NCBI GenBank assembly: GCA_964495565.1
Contig: CAZBWQ010000003.1
Span: forward strand, 7,670 to 71,669
DNA length: 64,000 nucleotides
Direction: 5' to 3'
Origin: an uncultured Sandaracinaceae bacterium
GTDB lineage: Bacteria; Myxococcota_A; Polyangia; Polyangiales; Houyiibacteriaceae
This document shows positions 40,061 to 50,294 of the stretch, one piece after another. The notes below the pieces were generated by a model that ran no database searches, was not told the DNA's origin, and worked only from the letters and a program-made list of their open reading frames with translations. Position 1 is the first letter of the stretch, and the number at the start of each line of letters is the position of its first letter. Both the position numbers and the translations under genes were made by a program.

Positions 40061-41116
40061 ATGAATTCCAACCGATTGGCTTTTGGCACTGCATGGGTTC
40101 GTTTTCTTCTGGCCGCCTGTGGAGTCTGGCTCATTCCGCTCGTCTATCCACCGATGGCGGCGCACCGATGGGTGTTCATCGCCTACGCCGGGGTGGCTCT
40201 CGTCGAGCAGTTTTTCATCTGGCGAGACATCGGCGGTCCTTGGCGCCCCTTTCTGGGTGGGATTCTCGATATGGCCCTTCTCACCTTCCTCGTCCAGCGC
40301 GTGGGCTCTTCCCGCACCGTCATCGTGGCTCTCTACTTCGTGGCGGGGATCGTCAACTCCCTGGTCGTCACCCCGCGGATGGGCCTCTTGCTGTCGGGCA
40401 TCGGCGCCGCGATGTATTCGGCCGTGGTGGTGATGGAAGTGCGTGGAGAGCTTCCGTACGCCCCAGACGGCCCGCTTTGGCTTCAGTCCCACCGGCCCAA
40501 CGCGAGCCTAGGTGTGCTTCAAGCGCTCCTGGTGACCGTGCTGCTGATGTTCGGCACGGCGATCGTCGCGACTCTGGTTCGGAGGATCAATCAGCGGGAA
40601 ACGGAGCTGGTGATCGCCAACGAGCGACTCGCGGAGCTCTCCCGACAAGACCCGTTGACCAAGCTGTGGAACCGACGGCACATCTTGAGTCACATCGAGC
40701 AGGGTCTCGCATGGCTGAATCGCGGAAGGCCGATGGCGATCGTGATGATCGATCTGGACCAATTCAAGCGAGTCAACGACAGCAGCGGGCACCTCCAAGG
40801 CGACCGGCTGCTGCAGAGCGTCGCCGATGCGCTGCGGCGATCGACCCGTGAGGTCGACGTGGCAGGCCGTTACGGTGGTGACGAGTTCGTCGTGGTTTTG
40901 GCCGATACCAATCAAGAAGAAGGCCGGGCTGCGGGAAATCGTTTCGTCGCGGCGATCCGGGAAGTGGGCATGAAATACGACGCGATCAACCCGGTGACCG
41001 CCAGCGCGGGACTGAGCATCGCACGTCCCGGAGACACCGTGGCGAGCCTCTTGAAGCGTGCTGACGATTTCGCATACTCCGCCAAGGCCAAAGGCGGCAA
41101 TCGCCTTTGCGGTTGA
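40061..41116 (+). CDS. membrane-anchored diguanylate cyclase (GGDEF)
   Basis: The N-terminal ~170 aa is hydrophobic and multi-pass. The C-terminus has ...DLDQFKRVNDSSGH...REVDVAGRYGGDEFVVVLAD..., with an RxxD I-site 5 residues before GGDEF. Confidence 0.88.
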   Translation: MNSNRLAFGTAWVRFLLAACGVWLIPLVYPPMAAHRWVFIAYAGVALVEQFFIWRDIGGPWRPFLGGILDMALLTFLVQRVGSSRTVIVALYFVAGIVNSLVVTPRMGLLLSGIGAAMYSAVVVMEVRGELPYAPDGPLWLQSHRPNASLGVLQALLVTVLLMFGTAIVATLVRRINQRETELVIANERLAELSRQDPLTKLWNRRHILSHIEQGLAWLNRGRPMAIVMIDLDQFKRVNDSSGHLQGDRLLQSVADALRRSTREVDVAGRYGGDEFVVVLADTNQEEGRAAGNRFVAAIREVGMKYDAINPVTASAGLSIARPGDTVASLLKRADDFAYSAKAKGGNRLCG

Positions 41117-41119
41117 GGG

Positions 41120-41968
41120 ATGGCGGAACGAGTCCTGATTGCAGGTTGCGGTGACGTCGGCAACGCTCTGGGGGCGCGGCTGCTCGCAGACGGTTGTGCG
41201 GTCTGGGGTGTGCGGCGGCGCATCGAGGCCCTCGGCCCCGGAATTGCTCCTTGGCCGATCGATCTTCAGGACCCCGCCGCCATGACGGATCCCCCGGCTC
41301 GATTCGACTACGTCTTCTACACGGCGAGCGCCGATCGGCGAGACGAAGATCACTACCGATCGATCTACGTGAAAGCACTCGATGACCTTCTTCGCACGCT
41401 TCGCGAAGCCGGGTGCCCGCTTCGACGAGTGCTTTTCACTTCGAGCACCGCGGTCTACGGCCAAAGCGACGGCGAGTGGGTCGACGAGACCTCGGCGACG
41501 GAGCCTTCCCGATTCAACGGACGGATCTTGTTGGAGGCCGAGTCGATCGTCCGCAACTGGGGTCCGGGCGGAATCAACGTTCGACTTTCGGGAATTTACG
41601 GGCCGGGAAGGACGAGGCTGGTGCGGAACGTGTGGAACGGAGAAGCGAAAGCAACCCCGAGCTTCACCAACCGGATCCACGTCGAGGACTGCGCGGGCGT
41701 GCTCCACCACCTGATGCGCGCGAAGGAGCCGGAGGGGCTGTATCTCGCCTCGGACGACGACCCGGCGACCACGGCCGAGGTGGTACGTTGGCTGAGCACG
41801 GCGCTCGGGGTCGCCGAGCCCCCGGCCGAGCCAACCGACCGCTTGAACAAGAGGTGCCGCAACGCGAGGCTGCGACGAAGCGGCTACCGTTTCGAGTATC
41901 CGACCTTCCGCGAAGGCTACGCGGGTGTCGTTCGCGACTTCTTGCGCGAGCAAGGTGCGAGCCGCTGA
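41120..41968 (+). CDS. NAD(P)-binding epimerase/SDR-like protein
   Basis: 282 aa; MAERVLIAGCGDVGNALG... Rossmann motif and ...SSTAVYG.... Confidence 0.7.
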   Translation: MAERVLIAGCGDVGNALGARLLADGCAVWGVRRRIEALGPGIAPWPIDLQDPAAMTDPPARFDYVFYTASADRRDEDHYRSIYVKALDDLLRTLREAGCPLRRVLFTSSTAVYGQSDGEWVDETSATEPSRFNGRILLEAESIVRNWGPGGINVRLSGIYGPGRTRLVRNVWNGEAKATPSFTNRIHVEDCAGVLHHLMRAKEPEGLYLASDDDPATTAEVVRWLSTALGVAEPPAEPTDRLNKRCRNARLRRSGYRFEYPTFREGYAGVVRDFLREQGASR

Positions 41969-41972
41969 GGGC

Positions 41973-42293
41973 TCATGCAGTTCGGCGGATCAGATGAAAC
42001 CCGAAGGGGGTTTCGATGATCGGGCTCGTCCCTCCGACCTCGAGCGCAAAAGCCGCGTCTTCGAAGCCTTTGACCATCTGACCGCGTCCGAAGCTCCCTA
42101 GATCGCCTCCAGCTTGCGCCGATCCGCAATCGGAATGCTCGCGGGCCAACGTCGAGAAATCGGCGCCCGCGGATAGCTGGCGTTGAATTTCTTCGATTCC
42201 GGATCGGGCTTCCTCTTTGCTGCGCGTCGCGTTCGAACGCTCGGACCCAGCGTACATGAGCAAGATGTGTGAGGCGCTGATCTGATCGGCCAT
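41973..42293 (-). CDS. parvulin-type peptidyl-prolyl cis-trans isomerase
   Basis: 106 aa; ...ASHILLMY...GGDLGSFGRGQMVKGFEDAAFAL...SPIIETPFGFHLI... is the PpiC pattern. Confidence 0.88.
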   Translation of the reverse strand: MADQISASHILLMYAGSERSNATRSKEEARSGIEEIQRQLSAGADFSTLAREHSDCGSAQAGGDLGSFGRGQMVKGFEDAAFALEVGGTSPIIETPFGFHLIRRTA

Positions 42294-42343
42294 GTCGTAC
42301 CCTCCCCTTTCGTTCCGCGGGAGAGCCTAACAGAATTCGTCTC

Positions 42344-43747
42344 TCACGAAAGGCTCGAGATCGGGCGCAGCGCTCCGATGAAACGCCGTGCGACCTCCAT
42401 GCGATCGATCTTGCCCGATCGGTTCAATGGCAGAGCCTCGACGATGCAGATCTGCTTGGGATGCTTGTACGACGCCAAGTCTCGGTCGAGTCGTGCACGC
42501 AAGGCATCCACTCGGTAAGCGCCGGGCTCGATCTCGAGGGCTGCCACCACGCGCTGTCCCCACTCTTCATCCGGGACCGAGAACACGCACGCAGCCCGGA
42601 CGCCGGGCACGGCTTCGAGGGATGCTTCGACTTCCCGAGGCGCCACGTTCTCACCGCCGGTGACGATCATCTCGTCGAGGCGGCCGTGGACCATCAGCTG
42701 CCCGTCGGTCGAAAACGCCCCCGCGTCCCCGGTGCGAAACCACCCGTCGTCCGTCCATGACGCGCCCATGCGATCTTCGTCGAGATATCCATCCATGAGA
42801 ACCGATCCCCGGATCTGAATTTCGTCTCGTCGAATGCGGAGCCCGATGCCTTCGAGCGGCGCGCCCGAACCCGGCGTCCCGATTTGATGTAGACTCTGTG
42901 TCGCGACCTGTGAGCATGCCTCGGTGCATCCGTAGGTCGCCAGCGCGGGAATTCCGCGCTCGACGGCACGACGGCGAAGCGAGTCGGGAAACGGAGCGCC
43001 GCCCACCAGCACGGCCCGAAGCGCTGGATCGGGCGCCCAACGAGGCTCGTCGCAAGACAAGAGCCGGTGCAACATCGTCGGCACCACGCTCAACAAGGTC
43101 ACTCGATCCCGCTCCATGATCCGGATCGCACGCTCTGCTTCGAAAGGACCTTCGCTCAACGCTACGCACCTGCGTGCGATCAAGCACCGGGTGAGTATCG
43201 AGAGGCCCCCAACGTGAGCCGGCGGCATGCACAAGAGCCATCGGTCCTCGGGCTCCCAAGGCAGGTTCGACGCATGGGCGGAGGCCGAAGCGACGAACGC
43301 GCGGCGCGACAGCCGTGCGCCGCGGGGCACGCCGCGGGTGCCGGAGGTGTAGACCACGGCCAGCGTGCGCTCTTCGGGAACCGTGCGATCGCCGAGCTCA
43401 ATTTGTTCGCCCGAAGCCGAGGACTCCGGGGGCGCGCCGTCGATTCGGTACACGGGCTGCGATTGCGAGAGCACGGTGCCGCGCTCGCGGTCGGTGAGAC
43501 GCGGATGCAGGAGGACCGCAGGACACCCGATCTCGAAGAGCGCATACAACCACACGGCGGAGGCCAGATCCGGGCGCGGAGCGATTGCGATGGGATCGCC
43601 AGGCTCGATCCCACGCGCACGAAGCGCACGCATGGCTCCGCGCACGCGCTCGGCCACCTCGGCATAGGACAACGCTCGCCCTCGATCGACGAGGCAGTCG
43701 CGGGTGGCATCCTCCCTTGCCGCGGCCAACACGCTGAGCTCACGCAT
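42344..43747 (-). CDS. menE: O-succinylbenzoate-CoA ligase
   Basis: Start trimmed to [13 protein letters not shown]. ...VVYTSGTRGVPRGARLS..., ...YGCTEA..., ...WFRTGDAG... ANL motifs. It sits at the end of the men operon. The specific substrate is inferred from context. Confidence 0.78.
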   Translation of the reverse strand: MRELSVLAAAREDATRDCLVDRGRALSYAEVAERVRGAMRALRARGIEPGDPIAIAPRPDLASAVWLYALFEIGCPAVLLHPRLTDRERGTVLSQSQPVYRIDGAPPESSASGEQIELGDRTVPEERTLAVVYTSGTRGVPRGARLSRRAFVASASAHASNLPWEPEDRWLLCMPPAHVGGLSILTRCLIARRCVALSEGPFEAERAIRIMERDRVTLLSVVPTMLHRLLSCDEPRWAPDPALRAVLVGGAPFPDSLRRRAVERGIPALATYGCTEACSQVATQSLHQIGTPGSGAPLEGIGLRIRRDEIQIRGSVLMDGYLDEDRMGASWTDDGWFRTGDAGAFSTDGQLMVHGRLDEMIVTGGENVAPREVEASLEAVPGVRAACVFSVPDEEWGQRVVAALEIEPGAYRVDALRARLDRDLASYKHPKQICIVEALPLNRSGKIDRMEVARRFIGALRPISSLS

Positions 43748-44813
43748 CGGATGGTTCCTCCAGATGGAGCCCGAGGCCGGGCTGGTCGTGCCCGACGATT
43801 TCGCGGCCGCGGATCGCGGCGATGTCGTGCGACGGCCACAAGTCGAGCGCTGGGTGCGGCCCGAGGCCGGCCGCCAGCTCGGTGCCCAAGGCCAAGGCCA
43901 GCTCGGCAGTCGCGGCCCTCGCGATGGGCCCGTCGAAGCAGTGGGATACCAGCGCGCGTGCTCCATGCGCGGCGGCATGCCTCGCGATCTCGAACGATGC
44001 GAGGAACCCGCCCAACACCATCGGCTTGAGAACGACTGCACGGATCTTTCCGGTCTCGAGCAGCCGCTGCGAAAGAGACCCGTCGCGCAAGGTCTCGTCG
44101 AGCGCGAAAGGCAGCGGCAGGCCGAGCACCTCGGGCCAGCTCGCCTTGGGCACGGGCTCCTCGATCAACTCGACCTCGAGGGCCTCGAGGGCCGAGGCAT
44201 GCCGCTCGAGCGCTCGAGGCGGGATCCTACCGTTGGCATCCAGCCGAAGCGTGACGTCCGGATGCGCCTTGCGAATTCGGCTCAGCTCCGCCACCTCGGC
44301 GTCGAGGTTTGCTCCGATCTTGAGCTTGAGATGCGTCGCCCCGTCTTCGGCGAGCCGATCGACGCACGCGGACCACGCGCCGTGATCGGATGTCGGGACC
44401 AGATCCGCCATGGGAACCGGTCGACCGATGGCTGGGTCGGCGAGAAGCCGATGCACCGGCCGGCCGCGGTTGTGACCCAGCCAATCCAGAAGCGCCGTCT
44501 CGAGGGCGAAGCGACAAGAAGGGCCGGTCACCGGATGCGCGGCCCACGCATCGGCCAATAGCGCCAGTGGCGTCGACAGCGCGTCGACCTCGAGGGGGGC
44601 CTCCACCAATCGTGCGAGCTCGCGCTCGACGCCGTCGAATGCGTCCGGTGAGTATCCTGGCAGGGGCGAGGCCTCTCCGAGCCCGAAGGTGCCGTCCGAG
44701 CGCGTCAGTTGGAGCACGGCGAAGCTGCGTTTGGCAAGCCCGGAGGCGGCGCCGACGAGCGTCTGCGGGAGCGCCCCTTCGAGCAGATCGAGCTTCGCGT
44801 GCAACTCGGTCAT
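43740..44813 (-). CDS. menC: o-succinylbenzoate synthase (enolase superfamily)
   Basis: Start trimmed to [11 protein letters not shown] (ATGA overlap). ...HLKLKIG..., ...TLRLDANG..., ...IEEPV..., ...ALDETL.... Confidence 0.78.
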   Translation of the reverse strand: MTELHAKLDLLEGALPQTLVGAASGLAKRSFAVLQLTRSDGTFGLGEASPLPGYSPDAFDGVERELARLVEAPLEVDALSTPLALLADAWAAHPVTGPSCRFALETALLDWLGHNRGRPVHRLLADPAIGRPVPMADLVPTSDHGAWSACVDRLAEDGATHLKLKIGANLDAEVAELSRIRKAHPDVTLRLDANGRIPPRALERHASALEALEVELIEEPVPKASWPEVLGLPLPFALDETLRDGSLSQRLLETGKIRAVVLKPMVLGGFLASFEIARHAAAHGARALVSHCFDGPIARAATAELALALGTELAAGLGPHPALDLWPSHDIAAIRGREIVGHDQPGLGLHLEEPSDA

Positions 44814-45700
44814 AGGGCGATCCCCAGCGCGAACGACGCTCCGAACACCGAGAGCAGCTTGGCGGTGCCGGCCAGCGTGCGATTGAGCGCCGGTCCACGG
44901 TCTTCCGCCACCGAGCGAAACAAGCGCGCCGCCCATGGCAGCGTCAACAGCGGCAGGCAGACCCAAACAGCGCTCGCACCCGAAGCGAACATCACGACCG
45001 GCGTCACGTAGGCCGCGCCGAGCAGCAGCGCGTATTCACACACGCCGCCGCGTCTCCTCAACCGGACGACCAAAGTGCGTTTGCCGGCGCGCTCATCTCC
45101 TTCGACGTCGCGCACGTTGTTGACGACCAAAATCGCGGTAGCGAGGGCGCCGATCGGGATCGATGCGGCCCACGCCACACTCGGAACGAAAGACGCTTGG
45201 ACGAACGCCGTACCGCACACCGCCACGAATCCGAAGAAGGCCATCACGAATACGTCTCCCAGACCGTTGTATGCCAATGGAAACGGTCCTCCGGTGTAAG
45301 CGAGCCCGGCGGCCATGGAGGCCAGCCCGATGACCACCACGACGGGGCCGGCGATCCAGGTCAGATACACCCCGACGATCAAAGCGAGCGCGAAGGTGAC
45401 CGCGATTCCACGTCGGAGCTGTACCGGGGTCAGAAGGCCGGCCTGGGCGGCGCGCACCGGACCCAGACGGTGCTCGGTATCGGCTCCCTTCTGAAAGTCG
45501 TAGAGGTCGTTGGCGAAGTTGGTGCCGATTTGGATGAGAAACGCCCCGAGGAGCGCGGCCAGCGCCGCATCCGCGCGAAACGCGTGGGCGTCCCACGCGC
45601 AGGCCGTGCCGACGGCGACGGGCGCAAAGGCGGCGGGAAGCGTCGCGGGACGCGCGGCGAGCGTCCAGGCGCGCACCGACCCCGGGCGCACGCTCGTCAT
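44810..45700 (-). CDS. menA: 1,4-dihydroxy-2-naphthoate polyprenyltransferase
   Basis: 296 aa, polytopic; ...[17 protein letters not shown]... is the UbiA-family Asp-rich motif. Confidence 0.85.
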   Translation of the reverse strand: MTSVRPGSVRAWTLAARPATLPAAFAPVAVGTACAWDAHAFRADAALAALLGAFLIQIGTNFANDLYDFQKGADTEHRLGPVRAAQAGLLTPVQLRRGIAVTFALALIVGVYLTWIAGPVVVVIGLASMAAGLAYTGGPFPLAYNGLGDVFVMAFFGFVAVCGTAFVQASFVPSVAWAASIPIGALATAILVVNNVRDVEGDERAGKRTLVVRLRRRGGVCEYALLLGAAYVTPVVMFASGASAVWVCLPLLTLPWAARLFRSVAEDRGPALNRTLAGTAKLLSVFGASFALGIAL

Positions 45701-46446
45701 CGTCGAGCGGCCTCCTCCGCCGCGAGCAGCGCCTCGGCCACCGCGCGGGGTGCCTCGACGAGCAAGTTGTGCCCGGCGCCTTCGATGATGCGTGGCTCGA
45801 GGCTCGGATGCCGGGCGCCGAGGGCCGCGGCGACGTCGCGGAACTTGGAATCCCGATCGCCGGCCATCACGATCGTTGGAGTCGAGCTCCGTCGCAGAGC
45901 CGGTCCGTAGTCCGGCATTTCGGCAAGACCCAAGACCTCCAAGGCATGCGCCAAACCGTCCGCTTCATGGCTCATCCGGATGGCACGCTGCCGGTCGACG
46001 AGCGCGCGGGGCAACGACTGCTGCGTCTCGAACAGAGGCAACCGTTCCCACTCCGACACGAAGGCCTCCAAGCCGTCATCCCTGAGCCGACGGGCACGGT
46101 CCCGATCGAGGGCGCGCCGCTCCTCGCGGGCCGAAGAGTCGGACAAACCGGGGTGCACGCCGATCAACACGGCCCCGGCGAAAAGGGACGGGTGACCGAG
46201 GATCAGCCCCAGCGCGAGCCGGGCTCCCATCGAGTAGCCGGCCACCAAGCGTGGCGGCTCGAGACGCGCAGCCAACGCCGCGAGACGGCGTAGCTCGTCC
46301 TCGAACGAGCTCGACGAGACATCACGCCAGTCTTTTCCGTGTCCGGTCAGTGTGGGAACGAGCGGGGCACGACGCAGCTCGGCATGACGGAGCACGTCAT
46401 CCCAAGCTCGCGGCGACCCCGTGAAACCGTGCAGGAGGAGCCACAT
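45697..46446 (-). CDS. menH: SHCHC synthase (alpha/beta hydrolase)
   Basis: [18 protein letters not shown]..., ...[12 protein letters not shown].... TGATG junction with menD and ATGA overlap with menA. Confidence 0.75.
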   Translation of the reverse strand: MWLLLHGFTGSPRAWDDVLRHAELRRAPLVPTLTGHGKDWRDVSSSSFEDELRRLAALAARLEPPRLVAGYSMGARLALGLILGHPSLFAGAVLIGVHPGLSDSSAREERRALDRDRARRLRDDGLEAFVSEWERLPLFETQQSLPRALVDRQRAIRMSHEADGLAHALEVLGLAEMPDYGPALRRSSTPTIVMAGDRDSKFRDVAAALGARHPSLEPRIIEGAGHNLLVEAPRAVAEALLAAEEAARR

Positions 46447-48230
46447 CAAGAGGCCCCTGCCGCGAGCTTGCGCTCGACGCGGGCGACGAGCTCGCTTCCG
46501 AGCTCACGTGCGCTCTCGGGCACGACCCGGGCCTCGATCACCGTGCAACCCGCTCGCGCATAGGCCGACGGAAGAGCCCTTCGAAGGTCGGACACGGTCC
46601 GGACCCCGATGAAACGACATCCAAACGCGGCGACGGCTTTCTCGAAGTCGACGTCATGCGGCGTCGTGAAATACCGAAGCCACGGCGGCTCACCGCTTTG
46701 CGCGACGGGTAGCTGGTCGAAGATCCGGCCGCCCCCGTTGTGAATCACCACGACGACCAACGGGTGCTCGGCACGCCCGGCGAGCTGAAGTCCATTCAAA
46801 TCGTGCAAGAAGCTGACGTCTCCGACCAACAGCGTGGTGGGGCCGGTCGTGCCTGAGGCCACGCCCGCAGCGCCAGAGACGACGCCGTCGATTCCGCTCA
46901 CGCCGCGCTGGTGGAACACGTCGAGCATCTTGTCGCTCGGGGGCGCCCAGGTGTCGACATCGCGAATGGGAAGGCTGTTGCCGAGCACGAATGCGCTGCC
47001 GCGAGGTAGCGACTCCACGACCGCTCTGGTGGCGGCGGGCTCCGTCAACGTATCCGTGTCTTCCGAGAGAAGATCCTCCACCGCATTCCAGACCGTGGCT
47101 TCGGCTCGTTTGAAGCGCTCGACGAATGCGACGTCCCTTCGTTCCGCGTGATAGCGAGCGTCACGCAACGCGGCGAGCAACGAGCCGACGTCACACTGGA
47201 CGATCGCCTCGGCGTCGGACGTCGGATCGACCCACTTCCACGGATGGACCACCAACCGACGAATGCGCCCCGCCGCGCAAAGCTGCTCCCACCCTTTCGA
47301 GACCGGGGCCGCGCCGAGCTGCAAGACGAAATCGGGAAGACACCTCTGGCGGCCGCTCGGAGCCCGCCATGTCGTGTCGAATCCCCCGAGCACGTGGCCG
47401 AGGCCTCGATGCCGGAGCTGGCTCGAAGTCTCGGCGAGGATCAGCGCACCCGCGCGCGCCGCGAGCTCGTCGGCCGCGCCCGCAAACCGACCGGTTGGCC
47501 AATCGGAGGGGCCGCACAACAGGATGGGCCGGGATGCGGAATCGAGCGCCTCGACGACCGCATCGACGATCCGTGGGGGGACCGGGTCGCATGGGTCGGA
47601 GTCGTATGATCGCGCGCGCCAAACCGTGGGCATGGGCTCCGACGCGATTCGATCGACCTGCGTCCGGAGCTCGGTCGCGGAGGCGATGGGCTCGAGAGGC
47701 TTGCGCGCTTGGGCGTTGAGGTGGACGGGCCCCGGAGCCGGCGCCGTCGCCGCGGCCACCGACTGCGCGATCAGGCGCCGGAGCGCATGCAGGCTTTGCT
47801 CGTCGCTTCGCGGCTCTCCGAGATCCGCAAAGAATCGGACGTGCGTGCCGAAGAGACCGACCTGATCGGTCGTCTGATTGGCCCCGCAATGATGGAGCTC
47901 CGGCGGCCGGTCGGCCGAGAGCACGACCACGGGGACGCCGGCCTCGTTGGCCTCCATCACGGCGGGAAAGTAGTTGGCGGCGGCGCTTCCGGAGGTGCAG
48001 AGCAGCAAAGACGGGCGGAGGGTCGCACGCGCGCGACCCAAGGCGTAGTGCGCTGCGGAACGCTCGTCGATGGCACTCACGCACTCGAGCCCCTGCCGTT
48101 GGAGCGCGGCGATCACGAATGGAGTCGAGCGGGAACCGGGGCTGATGACGGCATGATCGACTCCCGCACGGACGAAGCTGTCGATGACGAGCCTCGTCCA
48201 CTGTGTCTGTCGATCAGCGGCCGTCCCCAT
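46446..48230 (-). CDS. menD: SEPHCHC synthase (ThDP-dependent)
   Basis: Start trimmed to MGTAADRQTQWTRLVIDSFVRAGVDHAVISPGSRSTPF.... ...LLVGDVSFLHDLNGL... is the ThDP motif region. Confidence 0.88.
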   Translation of the reverse strand: MGTAADRQTQWTRLVIDSFVRAGVDHAVISPGSRSTPFVIAALQRQGLECVSAIDERSAAHYALGRARATLRPSLLLCTSGSAAANYFPAVMEANEAGVPVVVLSADRPPELHHCGANQTTDQVGLFGTHVRFFADLGEPRSDEQSLHALRRLIAQSVAAATAPAPGPVHLNAQARKPLEPIASATELRTQVDRIASEPMPTVWRARSYDSDPCDPVPPRIVDAVVEALDSASRPILLCGPSDWPTGRFAGAADELAARAGALILAETSSQLRHRGLGHVLGGFDTTWRAPSGRQRCLPDFVLQLGAAPVSKGWEQLCAAGRIRRLVVHPWKWVDPTSDAEAIVQCDVGSLLAALRDARYHAERRDVAFVERFKRAEATVWNAVEDLLSEDTDTLTEPAATRAVVESLPRGSAFVLGNSLPIRDVDTWAPPSDKMLDVFHQRGVSGIDGVVSGAAGVASGTTGPTTLLVGDVSFLHDLNGLQLAGRAEHPLVVVVIHNGGGRIFDQLPVAQSGEPPWLRYFTTPHDVDFEKAVAAFGCRFIGVRTVSDLRRALPSAYARAGCTVIEARVVPESARELGSELVARVERKLAAGAS

Positions 48231-49569
48231 GGAGCGCTCCAAGAAGCGCCTGCATCTTGAGCTCGGTTTCGACGTACTCGGCGTCGGGGTCGGAGTCGGC
48301 CATGATGCCGGCACCCGCGTAGACCCAAGCCTTTCCGTCCCGCAGCAGCCCGGACCGAAGCGCGACGACGAACTCCCCATCGCCGGCCGCATCCGCCCAG
48401 CCGACGGGCGCGCTGAACCAGCCACGAGGCAATGCTTCGTTTTCGATGATCCACCGAACTGCATCGCTCGTCGGCACGCCGCCGACCGCCGGCGTCGGAT
48501 GAAGCGCCCGGACCAACTCGAGGACGTGCGTCGACTCGCGAAGATGCCCTTCGATAGGCGTTTGCATGTGAAGGACGTTGGGAAGCTCGCGTACGCTGGG
48601 CTCCGAAGCCGAGCGAAGGGAATCGCAGAATGGATCGAGCGCCCGAAGAATGGCGTTGACGACGAGCTGATGCTCTTCGCGTTCTTTGGCGCTCGCCATC
48701 ATCCGAGCTGCCTCGCCATGTGCCGTCGATCCCGCAAGCGCTTCGCTCAGGACAGCCGCTCCCCGGCGCGAAACCAGAAGCTCGGGCGTCGCACCCAGGA
48801 AGGTCGTTCGATCGCGCCACACGGCAAACCGCGTGCATCCGGGGAAGCGCTGCTCGAGGCGCTTCAGAACGTCGAGGGGCGCCGTTCCGGCCTCCAGCTC
48901 GACCACGCAGTGTCGTGCCGCCACGACCTTTTCGAAGCTCCCGCTTTGAATCCGGTCGCGAATTCGCTCGACTTGAGCCGACCACGTAGAGCGGTCGGCT
49001 TCCTCGATGCGGCTCGCGGACACCGGCGACGGAATCACCCCGATCGGTCGCTCGAGGCCTCCCCAAATGGTATCGAGCTCGTCCAAGCGCTCTTCGATGG
49101 TGGCGTCATCCGCTCCGTGGATCGCAAAGGACAGCCAGGCTCGCTCGTCCACGTGGTACGTCCAGCGGGGTAGCCGCAGAAATCCGTCTCCAAAAGCCTC
49201 CCAGGGGTGCTGCGACGCGGCGCCCGGGGCGAACGACGCTCCCCCGAACACGCGTGGCGCCGGGCTCGACGCTTCGGTCATGTGGTGGATCTGGGCGAAG
49301 AATTCGGTCACCGCCTCGGCATCCATCGGAAGGGTCGCAGCGACACCCAGTCCCGCGCAGGCGGCGCTCAGCGGAGGATCCCACAACAGGCTGGCTTCGT
49401 TCGGCAGCACACGGAGCAAGGCATCGGGTGGCGCGACTGGCGCTGGCACCGTCACGATGAGGCCGTTCGCGTCCGAGCTTCGCGTCCGGAGCGCGCGCTC
49501 GAAGAGTGCACGGGACGCCTCACGCCGGGGAAGGCCATCCAAAGCAAAGGCGGCGCCCTGCGATCTCAC
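48214..49569 (-). CDS. menF: isochorismate synthase
   Basis: Chorismate-binding C-terminus ...PTPAVGGVP...RGWFSAPVGW...EFVVALRS...YAGAGIMADSDPDAEYVETELK. The start is proposed at GTG 49569 (GTGA overlap with the ubiE stop); the ORF-track ATG 49653 would overlap ubiE by 88 nt. Confidence 0.82.
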   Translation of the reverse strand: MRSQGAAFALDGLPRREASRALFERALRTRSSDANGLIVTVPAPVAPPDALLRVLPNEASLLWDPPLSAACAGLGVAATLPMDAEAVTEFFAQIHHMTEASSPAPRVFGGASFAPGAASQHPWEAFGDGFLRLPRWTYHVDERAWLSFAIHGADDATIEERLDELDTIWGGLERPIGVIPSPVSASRIEEADRSTWSAQVERIRDRIQSGSFEKVVAARHCVVELEAGTAPLDVLKRLEQRFPGCTRFAVWRDRTTFLGATPELLVSRRGAAVLSEALAGSTAHGEAARMMASAKEREEHQLVVNAILRALDPFCDSLRSASEPSVRELPNVLHMQTPIEGHLRESTHVLELVRALHPTPAVGGVPTSDAVRWIIENEALPRGWFSAPVGWADAAGDGEFVVALRSGLLRDGKAWVYAGAGIMADSDPDAEYVETELKMQALLGALHGDGR

Positions 49570-50294
49570 GAGGAAGCCTCCTCGGGCTCCGCGACGAAGA
49601 GCGTGCAAGCGCCGAAGGTCAAGGGCTTCACCTCGACCAACTTCATGCCGCATTCGGCCATCAGCGCGGCGAACTCGTCGGCCGGAGGAAATGCCGCAAT
49701 CGACTCTTGCAGGTACCGATACTCACGCGAGCCCGACAGCATCCCGCCGAGCCGGGGGATGACCTTGCGGACGTGGAACCGCGCCAGCGGGCTCAGCCAG
49801 CCGACGCTCGGCTCGCCCAGCTCCAGCACGGCCACACGACCTCCTGGCTTCGTCACGCGGGCCATTTCCCGCAGAGCCGCCGCCCGGTCGGGGACGTTTC
49901 GGATGCCAAATGCGATGCAACAGCCGTCGAACGCATCGTCTTCGTAGGGGAGTGACTGCGCATCGCCCGGCTCCAGCCGAACACGGTCGGACAACCCGCT
50001 CCGCTCGGCCTTTTGCGTCCCGATCGCGAGCATGCGGTCTGAGGGATCGCTGCCGGTCACCTGCGCGTCCGGATGCAAGCGGGCGATCATCAGCGCGAGG
50101 TCGGCGGTACCCGTCGCCAGATCGAGCACGCGGGCGTTGGGTGGCAAGCTCATGGCCGCGACGGTCTTGCGTCGCCAAGACTGGTCGATGCCCATCGACA
50201 TCAATCGGTTGAGTAAGTCGTACCGTCCGGCGATCTCGTCGAACATCGCGCCCGAGCCCGCCTTCGGGGCCGCCTGGTGCAGCGATCCGGTCAC
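49566..50294 (-). CDS. ubiE: demethylmenaquinone / ubiquinone C-methyltransferase
   Basis: ...MFDEIAGRYDLLNRLMSMGIDQSWRRK...VLDLATGTADLA...AFGIRNVPD.... The start is proposed at GTG 50294 (GTGA overlap with the HMG-CoA reductase stop). Confidence 0.85.
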   Translation of the reverse strand: MTGSLHQAAPKAGSGAMFDEIAGRYDLLNRLMSMGIDQSWRRKTVAAMSLPPNARVLDLATGTADLALMIARLHPDAQVTGSDPSDRMLAIGTQKAERSGLSDRVRLEPGDAQSLPYEDDAFDGCCIAFGIRNVPDRAAALREMARVTKPGGRVAVLELGEPSVGWLSPLARFHVRKVIPRLGGMLSGSREYRYLQESIAAFPPADEFAALMAECGMKLVEVKPLTFGACTLFVAEPEEASS

